From positions 1 through 64,000 of the IMG/VR virus record IMGVR_UViG_3300034102_002265: a stretch of DNA of 64,000 nt. One strand, 5' to 3'. Both the position numbers and the translations under genes were made by a program. The notes below the pieces were generated by a model. It searched no databases and was not told the origin of the DNA. It saw only the letters and a program-made list of their open reading frames with translations. Each line of letters begins with the position of its first letter. The first letter of the stretch is position 1. The DNA comes from a virus. This document shows, one piece after another, positions 1 to 9,469 of this stretch.

Positions 1-598
1 CAAGAACTCTCATTTTTTCTCTATGAGTTGCAGTTCCTTTATCCCACTTTTTATTAAGGTCTGCTCTATTTTTTTCTGCTGCTTTTCCATAAGCAAGCAT
101 TTTATTAACAGAAAGTTCATCAAGTTGTTCTACTTCCTCATTTGCCATTCTTCTTCTTCTTACTCCAGCAGCAAGTTTTTTTGCTCTTGCTTCTTTGTCT
201 GCAGCAGCAACAGTGTCTCTTACATTTTGAGGGGTACGAGCTTTATTTTCCCTATCAGCAGCAACACCAGTTCTTTCAATTCTTGCATTAACAACTTTGC
301 CAGCAAGACCGGCAGAGATTTCGTCAATCTGTTCTACTTCCTCATTCTGTTGCTCTGTTGACTTTCTTTCTGCCTTTCTTTTTGCCAGTTCTGCTCCCTT
401 TTTTCTCTTTTCTATGGTTTTCAATTGACCAATATCCTTATTCACGACACCTTTAGCAAAAGCACCAACCATAGACTTAACATTCTTTCCGGCATATTCC
501 TTTGCCTTTTCTGGAGTGTCTAACACTTCATCAATCTGTTCTGGAGCATAAACTTCAGAATATGATTCCATCAAACCGCGTAGTTCTTTGCTATCCAT
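1..598 (-). CDS. Partial ORF (runs off the left edge), putative internal head protein/polyprotein with repeated EEVEQ(I/L)DE linkers; missing from the ORF track
   Basis: Manual translation from ATG at 598: MDSKELRGLMESYSEVYAPEQIDEVLDTP...NEEVEQIDEISAGLAGK...NEEVEQLDELSVNK..., open to position 1. Perfect TATAAATA late promoter at 620-627. Confidence 0.8.
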   Translation of the reverse strand, partial: MDSKELRGLMESYSEVYAPEQIDEVLDTPEKAKEYAGKNVKSMVGAFAKGVVNKDIGQLKTIEKRKKGAELAKRKAERKSTEQQNEEVEQIDEISAGLAGKVVNARIERTGVAADRENKARTPQNVRDTVAAADKEARAKKLAAGVRRRRMANEEVEQLDELSVNKMLAYGKAAEKNRADLNKKWDKGTATHREKMRVL

Positions 599-619
599 TT
601 TTTACAAATACTTTTTAGT

Positions 620-627
620 TATTTATA
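620..627 (-). promoter_or_regulatory. T4-type late promoter TATAAATA
   Basis: Exact gp55 consensus about 22 nt upstream of the ATG at 598. Confidence 0.8.
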
Positions 628-650
628 AAAAAAGGAGGGTTTCCCCTCCT
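627..650 (-). terminator. Rho-independent terminator
   Basis: GGAGGG-GAAA-CCCTCC stem-loop (GNRA loop) followed by a T-run, immediately after the stop of the peptidase-vWA gene. Confidence 0.85.
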
Positions 651-2860
651 CATGCAACAAGTTCAATGAATTCGCCAAGAACTTTCTTATTCATTTTTTT
701 ACTCTTTAGAGACTTTGCAAATGCAGATCGGATCTGAGTTTTACTTGCATCATCAGAAACTTCAAACTCTGCATCATTAGAAAGAGCCGAACCAGAAAGT
801 CCGAAGTATGCATGATACCCAGATTTTTTAATCGCAAAAGATTTGTTTTTCTTCCAATCATTCGTGATTTCAATATATTCTTTATTCTCCCGACAATAAC
901 CAGAAGAATAATCTAAAGTTTCATAATAACGACGAATGAAACTATTTGCATCCCTACTTTCAAGAACACGAATACCAATGAAGTTTACATCAGTAAATCG
1001 GTCACGAAGATTGCGAAGAAGAACATCAGTAAAACTAGAAAAATCTCCTTCCAACTTATAAGTAGAACCGATTTTACGATCACGAAGAATAGTGTTCAGT
1101 CCAATAGAATTCAAACCGATATAAACCTCTTCAGTATCATAATTAAGACGACCTTTAAACTCTTTATGAAACTTTAGAGGAGAAGCTTCACCATCAGTCA
1201 AAACAACGCATTGAACTTTTTGAAGTTTGTTTTCTCGTTGGAATTTAGGAAGAATATGGTGAAGGGCTACCAATGATTCATTCAAAGGAGTACCAGAAAG
1301 AGAAAGTCGATGTGGATGAGTATACTCGGGTGCATCATTATAATTGTACCTAAATTGTTTTGCCAACCTAAAGATATTAATCATCTGTTCTTCGAGAACA
1401 CGATTGTTGACTTTACTGGTAAACAAATTCATGAGTGAGAAAGTTTCATCCACATAAATCAATCCGTGTTTCTTTTTATAATGGGGTTCCATAGATTTTG
1501 GACGACAATTCTCATCGTAATCATAACGACGCCACTCATTAGTGAAAGCATAAACCTCAAAGGGAATCGTAACTTTCTTACAAAACCACATCAGATTGTA
1601 AAGTTGTTTAAGAGTATCAACCATCACATTCGACATAGAACCGGACCAGTCCAGAATAAAGACTAGGCCATGATTCTTACCATTTGCAAGAGTGGTGACT
1701 TTCTTGAAAAGGTCTTCATTGTATTTGTAAGTATGAAGTTTGGAACAGTCTAGAACACCAGTACGAGCAGTAGTTGCACGAGCATAGGAATCTGCTGCCT
1801 TACGACATTCAAACTCTTTCACCAAATAGTTAACTTCCTTCTGTGCAGAACGTTTGAACTCCCTATAATCTTTGTCTACTTTACCGAAAAGATGTTCTTT
1901 AGGGTTATCATAACCGGAATATTTTGCAATAGTTTTATCCCACCAATCGTTAATTTCTTCATGAACCTCAGAGTTTGATCCAATCACTGTATTAAGATTC
2001 AGTTTAGGAAGTTCCAAATAAATGTTTTCGGATCCATTCATGTTCACAAGATCACGAAGAGCTTCCTCCAAGTTATCTGCAGTTTTAACTTCAGGTTCAG
2101 AAGTTTCGCCACCAAGATTAGAACTCTTATCAGTAGGAAGATTTGATTTATCCTCCGATTGACCATCAGAGGACGCCTGGCCACCTTCTCCAGAGGTTTC
2201 AAGATCATCCTCCCCAGATGGAGTTTGTTCCTCTTGAGGCGCACTTTCCGACCCACTACCGGGGGTAGATTCAAGACTATCAAAAGAATCAATCTTAGTC
2301 TGTTCTTGATCTTTCCTCTTACAATATTCGTAAAGTTTTACCGCAGCTGCAATAGCATCATCAAAAGTTTCTGCATCTGCAACCATATTCAGGATCTCAG
2401 TTTCTTCACCCCTTTCAATAGGAATCTGAGTAAATCCACCAATCTTAAACCACAGATTTACACGGTCTGCAAGATTATAAGTGGAAACATCATCATCCTT
2501 GATTTGGAAAAAATCATCCTCATGAAGTTCTTTATAACCCGCAAAGAACGATTTGTTCAATCCCGCATAACGACGCTTCATCATTTTTTCAATACGAGCG
2601 TCCTCAGTGACATTCACGAATTGTTGGGGAATAGTAAACTTCTTACTCCAATCCTCATTGGGAGTATATAGAGCATGACCAACTTCATGACCAACAAGCA
2701 TGTCATACACTGCGTTGGAAGCTTTCTCCCACATCGGCAGAGTCAAGACACGGGTATCGACATTAAAACATGCCGTAGGAACCTGTTTATGTTCTACAAC
2801 AAGATCTTCAGTTGCGAGTAGACGGGCAAGTTGACCCTTGACTTCGTGATTAACAGGCAT
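650..2860 (-). CDS. Zincin-like metallopeptidase plus C-terminal vWA domain protein (CobT-like), typical of T4-like cyanophages
   Basis: HEVGH (HExxH) motif, NVTEDARIE, acidic linker, MIDAS motif DWSGS, SGTPL and LTDGE. Likely start is MPVNHEV at 2860 (track starts at 2905). Confidence 0.8.
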   Translation of the reverse strand: MPVNHEVKGQLARLLATEDLVVEHKQVPTACFNVDTRVLTLPMWEKASNAVYDMLVGHEVGHALYTPNEDWSKKFTIPQQFVNVTEDARIEKMMKRRYAGLNKSFFAGYKELHEDDFFQIKDDDVSTYNLADRVNLWFKIGGFTQIPIERGEETEILNMVADAETFDDAIAAAVKLYEYCKRKDQEQTKIDSFDSLESTPGSGSESAPQEEQTPSGEDDLETSGEGGQASSDGQSEDKSNLPTDKSSNLGGETSEPEVKTADNLEEALRDLVNMNGSENIYLELPKLNLNTVIGSNSEVHEEINDWWDKTIAKYSGYDNPKEHLFGKVDKDYREFKRSAQKEVNYLVKEFECRKAADSYARATTARTGVLDCSKLHTYKYNEDLFKKVTTLANGKNHGLVFILDWSGSMSNVMVDTLKQLYNLMWFCKKVTIPFEVYAFTNEWRRYDYDENCRPKSMEPHYKKKHGLIYVDETFSLMNLFTSKVNNRVLEEQMINIFRLAKQFRYNYNDAPEYTHPHRLSLSGTPLNESLVALHHILPKFQRENKLQKVQCVVLTDGEASPLKFHKEFKGRLNYDTEEVYIGLNSIGLNTILRDRKIGSTYKLEGDFSSFTDVLLRNLRDRFTDVNFIGIRVLESRDANSFIRRYYETLDYSSGYCRENKEYIEITNDWKKNKSFAIKKSGYHAYFGLSGSALSNDAEFEVSDDASKTQIRSAFAKSLKSKKMNKKVLGEFIELVA

Positions 2861-3029
2861 GGACTTTGTTTCGTATGTAGTCATAATACGACGAAACCGC
2901 CCCATTGGAGCGGTTCATGTGACGCTTTTTGAACTGGGCCAGTCGTGCTTTTGCCTGGCGCAGTGCTTGCGGTTTGAGTTTTCGTTTCTGGGGTTTCCCA
3001 GAGTTGTGTTGCCAGTTTGGTGTGGTCAT
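2850..3029 (-). CDS. Small basic hypothetical protein (59 aa), below the ORF-track cutoff
   Basis: MTTPNWQHNSGKPQKRKLKPQALRQAKARLAQFKKRHMNRSNGAVSSYYDYIRNKVHAC*. ATGA overlap with the gp46 stop suggests translational coupling. Confidence 0.65.
   Translation of the reverse strand: MTTPNWQHNSGKPQKRKLKPQALRQAKARLAQFKKRHMNRSNGAVSSYYDYIRNKVHAC
2895..2915 (-). terminator. Stem-loop (possible terminator or processing site) upstream of the peptidase-vWA gene
   Basis: AACCGCTCC-AAT-GGGGCGGTT, a 9-bp stem with one G-U pair; only a short T-run follows. Confidence 0.4.
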
Positions 3030-4744
3030 GACACTAGTTTACTGAATCCTTTTACTTTATCGAATTTCATCACCTTGTCAAATTTATCCATGAGATCGTC
3101 GGTCTTATGCGAGATTACGAACACATGAGCATCTTGAATTACATACCGAATAATATTTGTGAAGAAATCTGTTCCTGCACCATCCAAAGAACTATCAAAA
3201 ATTTCGTCTAAGATGAGAAGATTTGTACTAGCCGAATTTCTGAGTTTGGCAATGTCCCGCCAGGTAAACAAAAGAGAAAGGTCAATACGCATCTTCTCAC
3301 CTTCACTAAACGATTCATAACTAAAATCTTCGTGAACCGGTGACTTGATAACCTCCTTAAACTCTTCATCCAGTGTGAAATTGATGTAAAAGTCCATCAT
3401 CTGTAGATACTTGTTTATCTGCTGATTCATAAGAGGCAGATATTTTTTGATGATCTTTGACTTTACTCCACCATCTTTCATCAATGAATGAGCGAACTCG
3501 TAATAATTAACCTGTTCCTTTTCTGCAGATCTTTCTTTTTCTAATGTTTCAAGATCTTTTATTAAGTTTTCAAGGGCTTGACGCTCAGAATTTCGGTTTT
3601 GAATTTGTTCGGTAATTTCTTGAATTTCATGTCCAAGATTTCTGATTTGTTTGTTAAGCCCAGTAATTTTAACATTGTTGTGGGAAATGTCATTGTTGAG
3701 TCTATTAATCTCCGTAGAATAAGATAAAAATTGTTTGTCTTTTTCTTGTTCTACATTGATTGCATCCTCCAACTCTTGGTATCCGTCATTGAGTTCTTTG
3801 GATTTCTCCTCTATATCGGCAATCTTATTTAAGCGAAATTCATTTTCAATGCTTTGAGTGCATGTAGGGCAAACCGAATTTTCTTGAAAAAACCTATGAT
3901 CGGATACTAAAGTTTGAATCTTTTGTTCAAGTTTTGCTTTGATAGTACTAAGTTTCTTCAGAGTTGAGTTGGTATTGTTTAATTCTTCTAATTTTGGTTG
4001 AAGATCTTTTTGAATCTTTGCAATTAAAGTCTCATTTTCATCATTTAACTCAACGATTTCATTATCTAAAGATTTGGCCTGATCTTCTTTCTTTTCAATT
4101 CTCTCTTTACCACTCTTGTCAAGATCTTTGATGAAGTTTTCCTGCATATCAATCTTATCTTCAATCATATCTTTCTTGATTGAATATTCACGAATGAGTT
4201 CATTTGTTTTACGCATTCTATCCTTCAAGAGATTATTCATCGTAGAAAAAATCTTGATGTCTAAAAGATCTTCGACAATCTCTCTACGATTGGAAGAAGT
4301 CAACTGCATAAATGGGACAAAAGTGGCAGATCCCAAAATTACTGTTTGAGTAAAAGATTTATAATTGAGTTTTAAAATACCCTCTTCCAATTTCTTTTGT
4401 TGATCCTGAGCTGCGGAATCCTGATCCTGTACCTTTCCGTCAATCCAGATCTCAAATATATTTGGTTTAATACCTCTGACAACTTTATATTCCTTATTTC
4501 CGATAGAGAACTCGATTTCAACAAGACAGTCTTTTTCATTGACTGCATTAATGAGTTGTGGTTTATTGATCTTTCGGAATGGTTTATTATACAACACAAA
4601 AGTAAGAGCATCCAAAATGGTACTCTTACCAGAACCATTGGTTCCTACAATCAAATTTGTTTGAGCGTCTTGAAAGTTTACTTCAGTAAACTGATTTCCA
4701 GTAGAAAGAAAATTACGCCACTTAATCGTTTTGAACAAAATCAT
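3026..4744 (-). CDS. gp46: Recombination endonuclease ATPase subunit (SbcC/Rad50-like), T4 gp46
   Basis: Walker A GTNGSGKS, coiled coil with CPTC zinc hook, signature FSEGEK, Walker B LILDE. Confidence 0.95.
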   Translation of the reverse strand: MILFKTIKWRNFLSTGNQFTEVNFQDAQTNLIVGTNGSGKSTILDALTFVLYNKPFRKINKPQLINAVNEKDCLVEIEFSIGNKEYKVVRGIKPNIFEIWIDGKVQDQDSAAQDQQKKLEEGILKLNYKSFTQTVILGSATFVPFMQLTSSNRREIVEDLLDIKIFSTMNNLLKDRMRKTNELIREYSIKKDMIEDKIDMQENFIKDLDKSGKERIEKKEDQAKSLDNEIVELNDENETLIAKIQKDLQPKLEELNNTNSTLKKLSTIKAKLEQKIQTLVSDHRFFQENSVCPTCTQSIENEFRLNKIADIEEKSKELNDGYQELEDAINVEQEKDKQFLSYSTEINRLNNDISHNNVKITGLNKQIRNLGHEIQEITEQIQNRNSERQALENLIKDLETLEKERSAEKEQVNYYEFAHSLMKDGGVKSKIIKKYLPLMNQQINKYLQMMDFYINFTLDEEFKEVIKSPVHEDFSYESFSEGEKMRIDLSLLFTWRDIAKLRNSASTNLLILDEIFDSSLDGAGTDFFTNIIRYVIQDAHVFVISHKTDDLMDKFDKVMKFDKVKGFSKLVS

Positions 4745-4997
4745 ATTTTCTGGGAGGAATCACAAAGTCATCGGGAGTTATAATAGCGTATTTGTAATTA
4801 TACTGGTGACACGCTTTTATTGCAAGTTCTGGATCTATTTCAACAACTTCCATTTCAGGATGATCATCGGCTTCTAAAAGACCTGCAAATCTTTCTGCGT
4901 CATCTTCATCTTGAAAAAAGTACAAGGTCCTTTCGCCATGATCGTCCGCTACCGCATAAGCGCCGTCTTCGTCTCCATATGGCGTAATCATGTACAT
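4722..4997 (-). CDS. Conserved hypothetical protein between gp47 and gp46 (possibly DUF3110-like)
   Basis: YFFQDEDDAERFAGLLEA motif; position between gp47 and gp46; likely start MYMIT. Confidence 0.65.
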   Translation of the reverse strand: MYMITPYGDEDGAYAVADDHGERTLYFFQDEDDAERFAGLLEADDHPEMEVVEIDPELAIKACHQYNYKYAIITPDDFVIPPRKYDFVQND

Positions 4998-4999
4998 AC

Positions 5000-6046
5000 T
5001 TATTCTATTTCGCAAGCTTCTTGATAGACTTCTCGCAAAAGTTTTTTGACCTTTTCTTTATCTAGATCAAAATCAGAGTCTTCAACATATTTATTTAAAA
5101 TAGTGATTGTGTCCTCTATTTTTTCTTGGTCAAAATCTACATCATCGTCATTAACTTCAAAGTTTTCAACAATTTTAATATCTACAACTCCGGTCTTATA
5201 GATCTTATCTACAAACTTTTCGAAAAGAAGTTGGTCGGATTTTTTACGAACAATGATTTTTACAATTTTATCTTTACAAGAAGTTGTGTTGAATAAATTT
5301 GGATTTTGATCTTCATAATAAATCCTCTCAAACATGTTATGAGGATTTTGAACAAACTCTAACTCAAAACTTTCTGTGTCAAAAAAGTTAAATCCTCTTT
5401 TATCATCAACGTCATTCCAATAAAGTTGATAAGGATTGCCAAGGTAAAAAATCTTTCCATTGTTTGAACGGGTGTGATAATGTCCAGAACATACCATTCT
5501 AAACTTATCAAAAACATTCACTTCCATTCCATGTTGTTGGATATTACCAGGATAAACACTAAATCCCTGGAGTTCAAGATGACCAAAAACCGTTTTTGAT
5601 TTAGTTTTGGAAAGTTTCTCTAAAGTCTCTTCACGATTCTCAGGAGAGATCCAGGGAATCATAAATGTTTTTAATCCAGCAACTTCATATTCACCTGGGC
5701 TGGAAATGGGGACAATGTTATCATACTCTCTTAACAGGGACTCAATAGAGTTGACTTCATTGGTATTTTTATAGTATGCATCATGATTACCTACAATTTG
5801 GTATACGGTGATACCAAGATCTCGAAATTTATCATAAACATTTTCTTTTGCCCAGTTCAGACACCAGAAATCAATAGATTTACGACTATCAAATGCATCA
5901 CCTAAGTGAATACAATGTTTGATATTTCTCTTTTCCAATTCAGGAAAAAAGACATCTTCGTAAAACTTTTTAAAATAATCATGAAAGGTTTTACTACCTT
6001 TTCTAGCACCATAATGGGTATCAGTTATACAAGCAACTAAAGTCAT
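5000..6046 (-). CDS. gp47: Recombination endonuclease nuclease subunit (SbcD/Mre11-like), T4 gp47
   Basis: Metallophosphoesterase motifs DTHYG, GDAFD, GNHD, GHLE, SGHYH. Confidence 0.95.
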   Translation of the reverse strand: MTLVACITDTHYGARKGSKTFHDYFKKFYEDVFFPELEKRNIKHCIHLGDAFDSRKSIDFWCLNWAKENVYDKFRDLGITVYQIVGNHDAYYKNTNEVNSIESLLREYDNIVPISSPGEYEVAGLKTFMIPWISPENREETLEKLSKTKSKTVFGHLELQGFSVYPGNIQQHGMEVNVFDKFRMVCSGHYHTRSNNGKIFYLGNPYQLYWNDVDDKRGFNFFDTESFELEFVQNPHNMFERIYYEDQNPNLFNTTSCKDKIVKIIVRKKSDQLLFEKFVDKIYKTGVVDIKIVENFEVNDDDVDFDQEKIEDTITILNKYVEDSDFDLDKEKVKKLLREVYQEACEIE

Positions 6047-6522
6047 TGATACATCTTTGTTTGAATTGCATCTTTAATACTATTATACTCTGCGGCATCA
6101 ATTCCGTCACCATCAACAGTAAACACTTCATCATATCCTGACCGTTCAATGATTTTGGAACGAATCTCCATTTGTTTCTTTTCTTTTTGAATTCTTCTCA
6201 GAAATGCATAGTGAATAATCTGAGTAAAATAAGCAAAAGGATTTGAAGATTTTTCTGGATTAAAATTGTGAATATACTGCACACAATTCTCAATACCGTC
6301 ACAGATCATGTCCTCACGGAACATGTAGTTGACAAAGTTTGGTTTGTAAGATAGGTGTGTAGCAATCTTAAGGAAACATTCTCCCAGATAGTTGGTAATA
6401 CGAGGTTTAGGATCACCCTTTTCTGCAGCTACCTTCACCTTCATTTTATACTCACATATCGCTTCAAGGAATTCTTTATTGTTTACATAATGTTCGGATC
6501 TTTTTCTTTTTGGTGCCAGCAT
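6043..6522 (-). CDS. gp55: Late-transcription sigma factor gp55
   Basis: HYVNNKEFL, KIATHLSYKPNF, DGIENC, NPFAYFTQI. Likely ATG at 6522, preceded by an AGGA element. Confidence 0.95.
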   Translation of the reverse strand: MLAPKRKRSEHYVNNKEFLEAICEYKMKVKVAAEKGDPKPRITNYLGECFLKIATHLSYKPNFVNYMFREDMICDGIENCVQYIHNFNPEKSSNPFAYFTQIIHYAFLRRIQKEKKQMEIRSKIIERSGYDEVFTVDGDGIDAAEYNSIKDAIQTKMYQ

Positions 6523-6553
6523 TTCATGAGTCCTGCTATTATTAGATGTTCTT

Positions 6554-6582
6554 ATTATAACAGAATATTCGGCTATTGACAA
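6554..6582 (-). promoter_or_regulatory. Host sigma70-type promoter for gp55
   Basis: TTGTCA-17 nt-TATAAT on the minus strand. Confidence 0.75.
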
Positions 6583-6605
6583 TACCCCATAAAAGTTGGT
6601 ACAAT
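6576..6605 (+). promoter_or_regulatory. Divergent sigma70-type promoter, antisense to the upstream genes
   Basis: TTGACA-18 nt-TACAAT with an extended -10 TG; its -35 overlaps the -35 of the gp55 promoter. Confidence 0.55.
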
Positions 6606-6626
6606 TACTCTGTGGAGTTTCAAAGA

Positions 6627-7037
6627 TTAGCTTTCTTTAATATCTGATTGGCCTCTATAAAGTTTCTCAAGTCTTTTCCTTGCTTCAGATACTGATGAGA
6701 GATATCCCATCTCTTCTGTTAATGGATTTTTTGAGTTTTTATTCTGTTGTTGTTTTATAAATTTGTGATACATTTCAATAGTTTCTACATCACGAACTTC
6801 ACTGATGGTGAGAACTTTATCCATATCCAGTAAAAATGTATCATCATCTGCAAATTTAAGCCAAGGATCTATCTTATATCCTTGCATACCAATTTGTTTC
6901 ATAACAATAACTTCTATAGTAACTGGGTTATTCAATATTAACATTGTCTTTTCATCCTCTTCAGATGGACAAACAATTGAAAATATCTCTTCTCCAGAAA
7001 TTAATTTAATAACTGCATAGAAATCTTCTTCCATCAT
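6627..7037 (-). CDS. Conserved hypothetical protein (possible Sm-like beta fold) between uvsW and gp55
   Basis: YAVIKLISGEEI...NPV...PWL pattern; syntenic position in T4-like phages. Confidence 0.7.
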   Translation of the reverse strand: MMEEDFYAVIKLISGEEIFSIVCPSEEDEKTMLILNNPVTIEVIVMKQIGMQGYKIDPWLKFADDDTFLLDMDKVLTISEVRDVETIEMYHKFIKQQQNKNSKNPLTEEMGYLSSVSEARKRLEKLYRGQSDIKES

Positions 7038-8497
7038 TCTTTTAAATTTACCTGTATAAATTCGTAATTGAAATTCTCTTCATTATAAATTTTTACTCTC
7101 TCTATTAGATGGTTGAGGGTATAATTTTTTCTTGAATTTTTAGTACAATCATCAGCGATATCGTATAAAACTGCTTGAGTTTTATTATCACCTTTTCTTA
7201 GAACTCTTCCAATTGATTGGAGATTACGGATTCTAGACTTCGAAGGTGAAGCAAAAATAACATTATGTAAATTCTTAATGTTAATTCCTGTACTAAACGT
7301 ACCATATGAAGCCACAATGATCGCATCTTTTTCTCTCTCAGTAATCTCCCTAACCAATTCCCTCTCTTCTGCGTCTATTCCGCCGTGAACATAAAAAACT
7401 TTACGACCATCCTTAGCAGAATTATTTATTGATTCGTAAAGAGGTTGACCATGAGATTCAACTCTGGAAAAAAGAATAAGAGTATTACCTTTGAGATCTA
7501 GTGCAAGATTCTTAATAAAGTTATTTCGTTTCGGGTGGCCAATAATAAATTGAACTTCATCTTCAAAGTTTTCAAATTGTTGTGGATTATGTTTGAGAAT
7601 AATGATTTTGATCTGAAGTTTAGATAGATGTCCCTTATCAATTAATTCTTTAGTTTGAGTCACTTTATAAGAAGGTCCAAATAAACCTTCTAATACCCAT
7701 TTATGCGTTTGAGTACCATCAAGTGTACCCGTAAAACCGAACCTATATTTTGTATTATCCATTTTGGTCATGATTCCAACCAAAGATTTGGATTTAAATT
7801 GGTGAGCTTCGTCTCCAATAACTACATCAAATGAATCATAAAAAGATCTAGGAAGTTTATAAATGGACTGCCAAGTAGTAATGACTACAGGAGATTCATT
7901 CGTCTTCTCACGACCGCTGTATATGCGGTGGCAGTAGTCCTCTGCGTTCCATCCGTAGTCCTGGAAGTCTTTGAACATCTGTTCAACCAAGGAGGTTGTA
8001 GGGACCACTAGGAGTATCTTTTGATTTCTCTCTGCAAAGTACCTGACAATAGAATAAATCATCAATGACTTACCAGAAGCCGTTGGTGAAATTAAAAGTT
8101 TACGATTATATTTGAGTGCATCATAAACTGCATCTACTTGATAATCTCGTGGTTTGTGTCTAGAAATCCGAGTCATATAATCTTTGACTCCTTCATAAGA
8201 GATCATTTCATTCTCTTCTAAAGGAGTTCCGTAGAATTTATTATTTTTAAATTCTACTTGATAGTCCCATTTTTTAGCCCACGAAACTACCTTATCAAGA
8301 AGACCAACATAGATCTCTCCAGTGTGTGTTGAAAAGAGACGAATCTTTCCATCCCAATACTTACTTCTATACTGGGGCATAAATTTTGCTCCAGGTACAT
8401 CGAAAGTAAAGTGTTCCGAAAGTTCCTGATAGATATGTGGTTCCGCTTCTATCTTCAGGAATACTTCATTCTTTTTTGCAATTACGATATCAGTCAT
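7034..8497 (-). CDS. uvsW: UvsW SF2 DNA helicase
   Basis: PRDYQ, SPTASGKS, DEAH, TGT, QSIGRVLR; WDGKIRLF near the N-terminus. Confidence 0.95.
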   Translation of the reverse strand: MTDIVIAKKNEVFLKIEAEPHIYQELSEHFTFDVPGAKFMPQYRSKYWDGKIRLFSTHTGEIYVGLLDKVVSWAKKWDYQVEFKNNKFYGTPLEENEMISYEGVKDYMTRISRHKPRDYQVDAVYDALKYNRKLLISPTASGKSLMIYSIVRYFAERNQKILLVVPTTSLVEQMFKDFQDYGWNAEDYCHRIYSGREKTNESPVVITTWQSIYKLPRSFYDSFDVVIGDEAHQFKSKSLVGIMTKMDNTKYRFGFTGTLDGTQTHKWVLEGLFGPSYKVTQTKELIDKGHLSKLQIKIIILKHNPQQFENFEDEVQFIIGHPKRNNFIKNLALDLKGNTLILFSRVESHGQPLYESINNSAKDGRKVFYVHGGIDAEERELVREITEREKDAIIVASYGTFSTGINIKNLHNVIFASPSKSRIRNLQSIGRVLRKGDNKTQAVLYDIADDCTKNSRKNYTLNHLIERVKIYNEENFNYEFIQVNLKE

Positions 8498-8918
8498 ATC
8501 CTCTAATAAATTTCTGCCACTCAATTGCATTTTTGAGCTGATATGTTCTATTTAATATAGTTTTAAGAATGCTCTCCAGATAATTTAACATCATCTGATA
8601 GTACTCAATCTTAGTCTGACATTTAATTAAATCTTCATCAGCATCAAGATACTTATCCAAATCTGGTTTAAGTACCTTATGGTCAAATGGTTTTTCTATA
8701 TAAACTTCTGGTTCGGCTTTACCAGTGTAATACTGCCACTTTTCTTTTTTTAAGATCTTATATTTATTCTCTTGAGCTTTCTTAAGAGTGAGAATATTAT
8801 TAAAAATCTTATAGTATTTTGCGTGAAGACTTGGAATCTTTACGGATTCCACATGAAGATTATCTTGATCAATTTTGGAGTCTTCGTCCCAAAGATTTTG
8901 AATTTCATCCAGGTTCAT
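8490..8918 (-). CDS. uvsY: UvsY recombination mediator
   Basis: IPSLHAKY, YYTGKA, RTYQLKNAIEW; adjacent to uvsW. Confidence 0.9.
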   Translation of the reverse strand: MNLDEIQNLWDEDSKIDQDNLHVESVKIPSLHAKYYKIFNNILTLKKAQENKYKILKKEKWQYYTGKAEPEVYIEKPFDHKVLKPDLDKYLDADEDLIKCQTKIEYYQMMLNYLESILKTILNRTYQLKNAIEWQKFIRGYD

Positions 8919-9444
8919 AAGTGAAGATTTTATAAAGAGCATACTTAAATGTTACTGTAGCCACTGCATATTGAATATCAGTTTGAGTGGCATCGAAGTC
9001 AATATCAGAAAGAGATGTTGGGAACATTCCCTGAAACTTTACAAGTGTTGATGGTTGAAAATTACTATTGTATATTAATAATGTACCATCAGATACATTT
9101 GGATCTTGAGTTGGATTTATTGGATCACTTAATCTCCACTCAGTATATTCGTAAATACTTTCTGGATAACCTAGTCCACGCATCCAATTTTGAATAGTAT
9201 TGTAATTTTCTAAATTTTCATCAATGTTAAAAGTTAATCGAAAATCATCAAAAACAAGTTTATCTCCTGGAACGGGAATATCTTTTAGATAAGTTGGTTG
9301 AATAGCAACTCCTAGGGTTATTCCGGGAACATTTGCCGATTTCGAAAAGAAATCCACTTTTGGTGTCCTAGCAAGATTAAACTTAAATCCTAGAGGACTG
9401 AGAAAATTTCTATTTGTAATTTGATTTTCAAAAACACCAGACAT
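8905..9444 (-). CDS. gp3: Tail tube terminator/tail completion protein gp3
   Basis: NFLSPLGFKF, ANVPGITLG, DENLENY, FPTSLS; position after gp23. Confidence 0.88.
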   Translation of the reverse strand: MSGVFENQITNRNFLSPLGFKFNLARTPKVDFFSKSANVPGITLGVAIQPTYLKDIPVPGDKLVFDDFRLTFNIDENLENYNTIQNWMRGLGYPESIYEYTEWRLSDPINPTQDPNVSDGTLLIYNSNFQPSTLVKFQGMFPTSLSDIDFDATQTDIQYAVATVTFKYALYKIFTYEPG

Positions 9445-9456
9445 TGTTTTTATTTT

Positions 9457-9463
9457 TATTTAT
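9457..9463 (-). promoter_or_regulatory. Late promoter (ATAAATA) for gp3
   Basis: Core late consensus between the gp23 terminator and the gp3 start. Confidence 0.65.
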
Positions 9464-9469
9464 CCCCAT

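Noticed and set aside
23-361. 112-aa plus-strand ORF and the many other short antisense or alternate-frame ORFs in the track (e.g. 2159-2671, 11692-11994, 39665-40051)
   Set aside because: They lie opposite or inside well-supported genes and read as shadow translations with no recognisable motifs
2850-3029. Frameshift fusion of the 59-aa ORF to the peptidase-vWA gene
   Set aside because: They are in different frames around a G4 run, but the small ORF has its own stop and the large gene has a plausible ATG at 2860; nothing supports recoding
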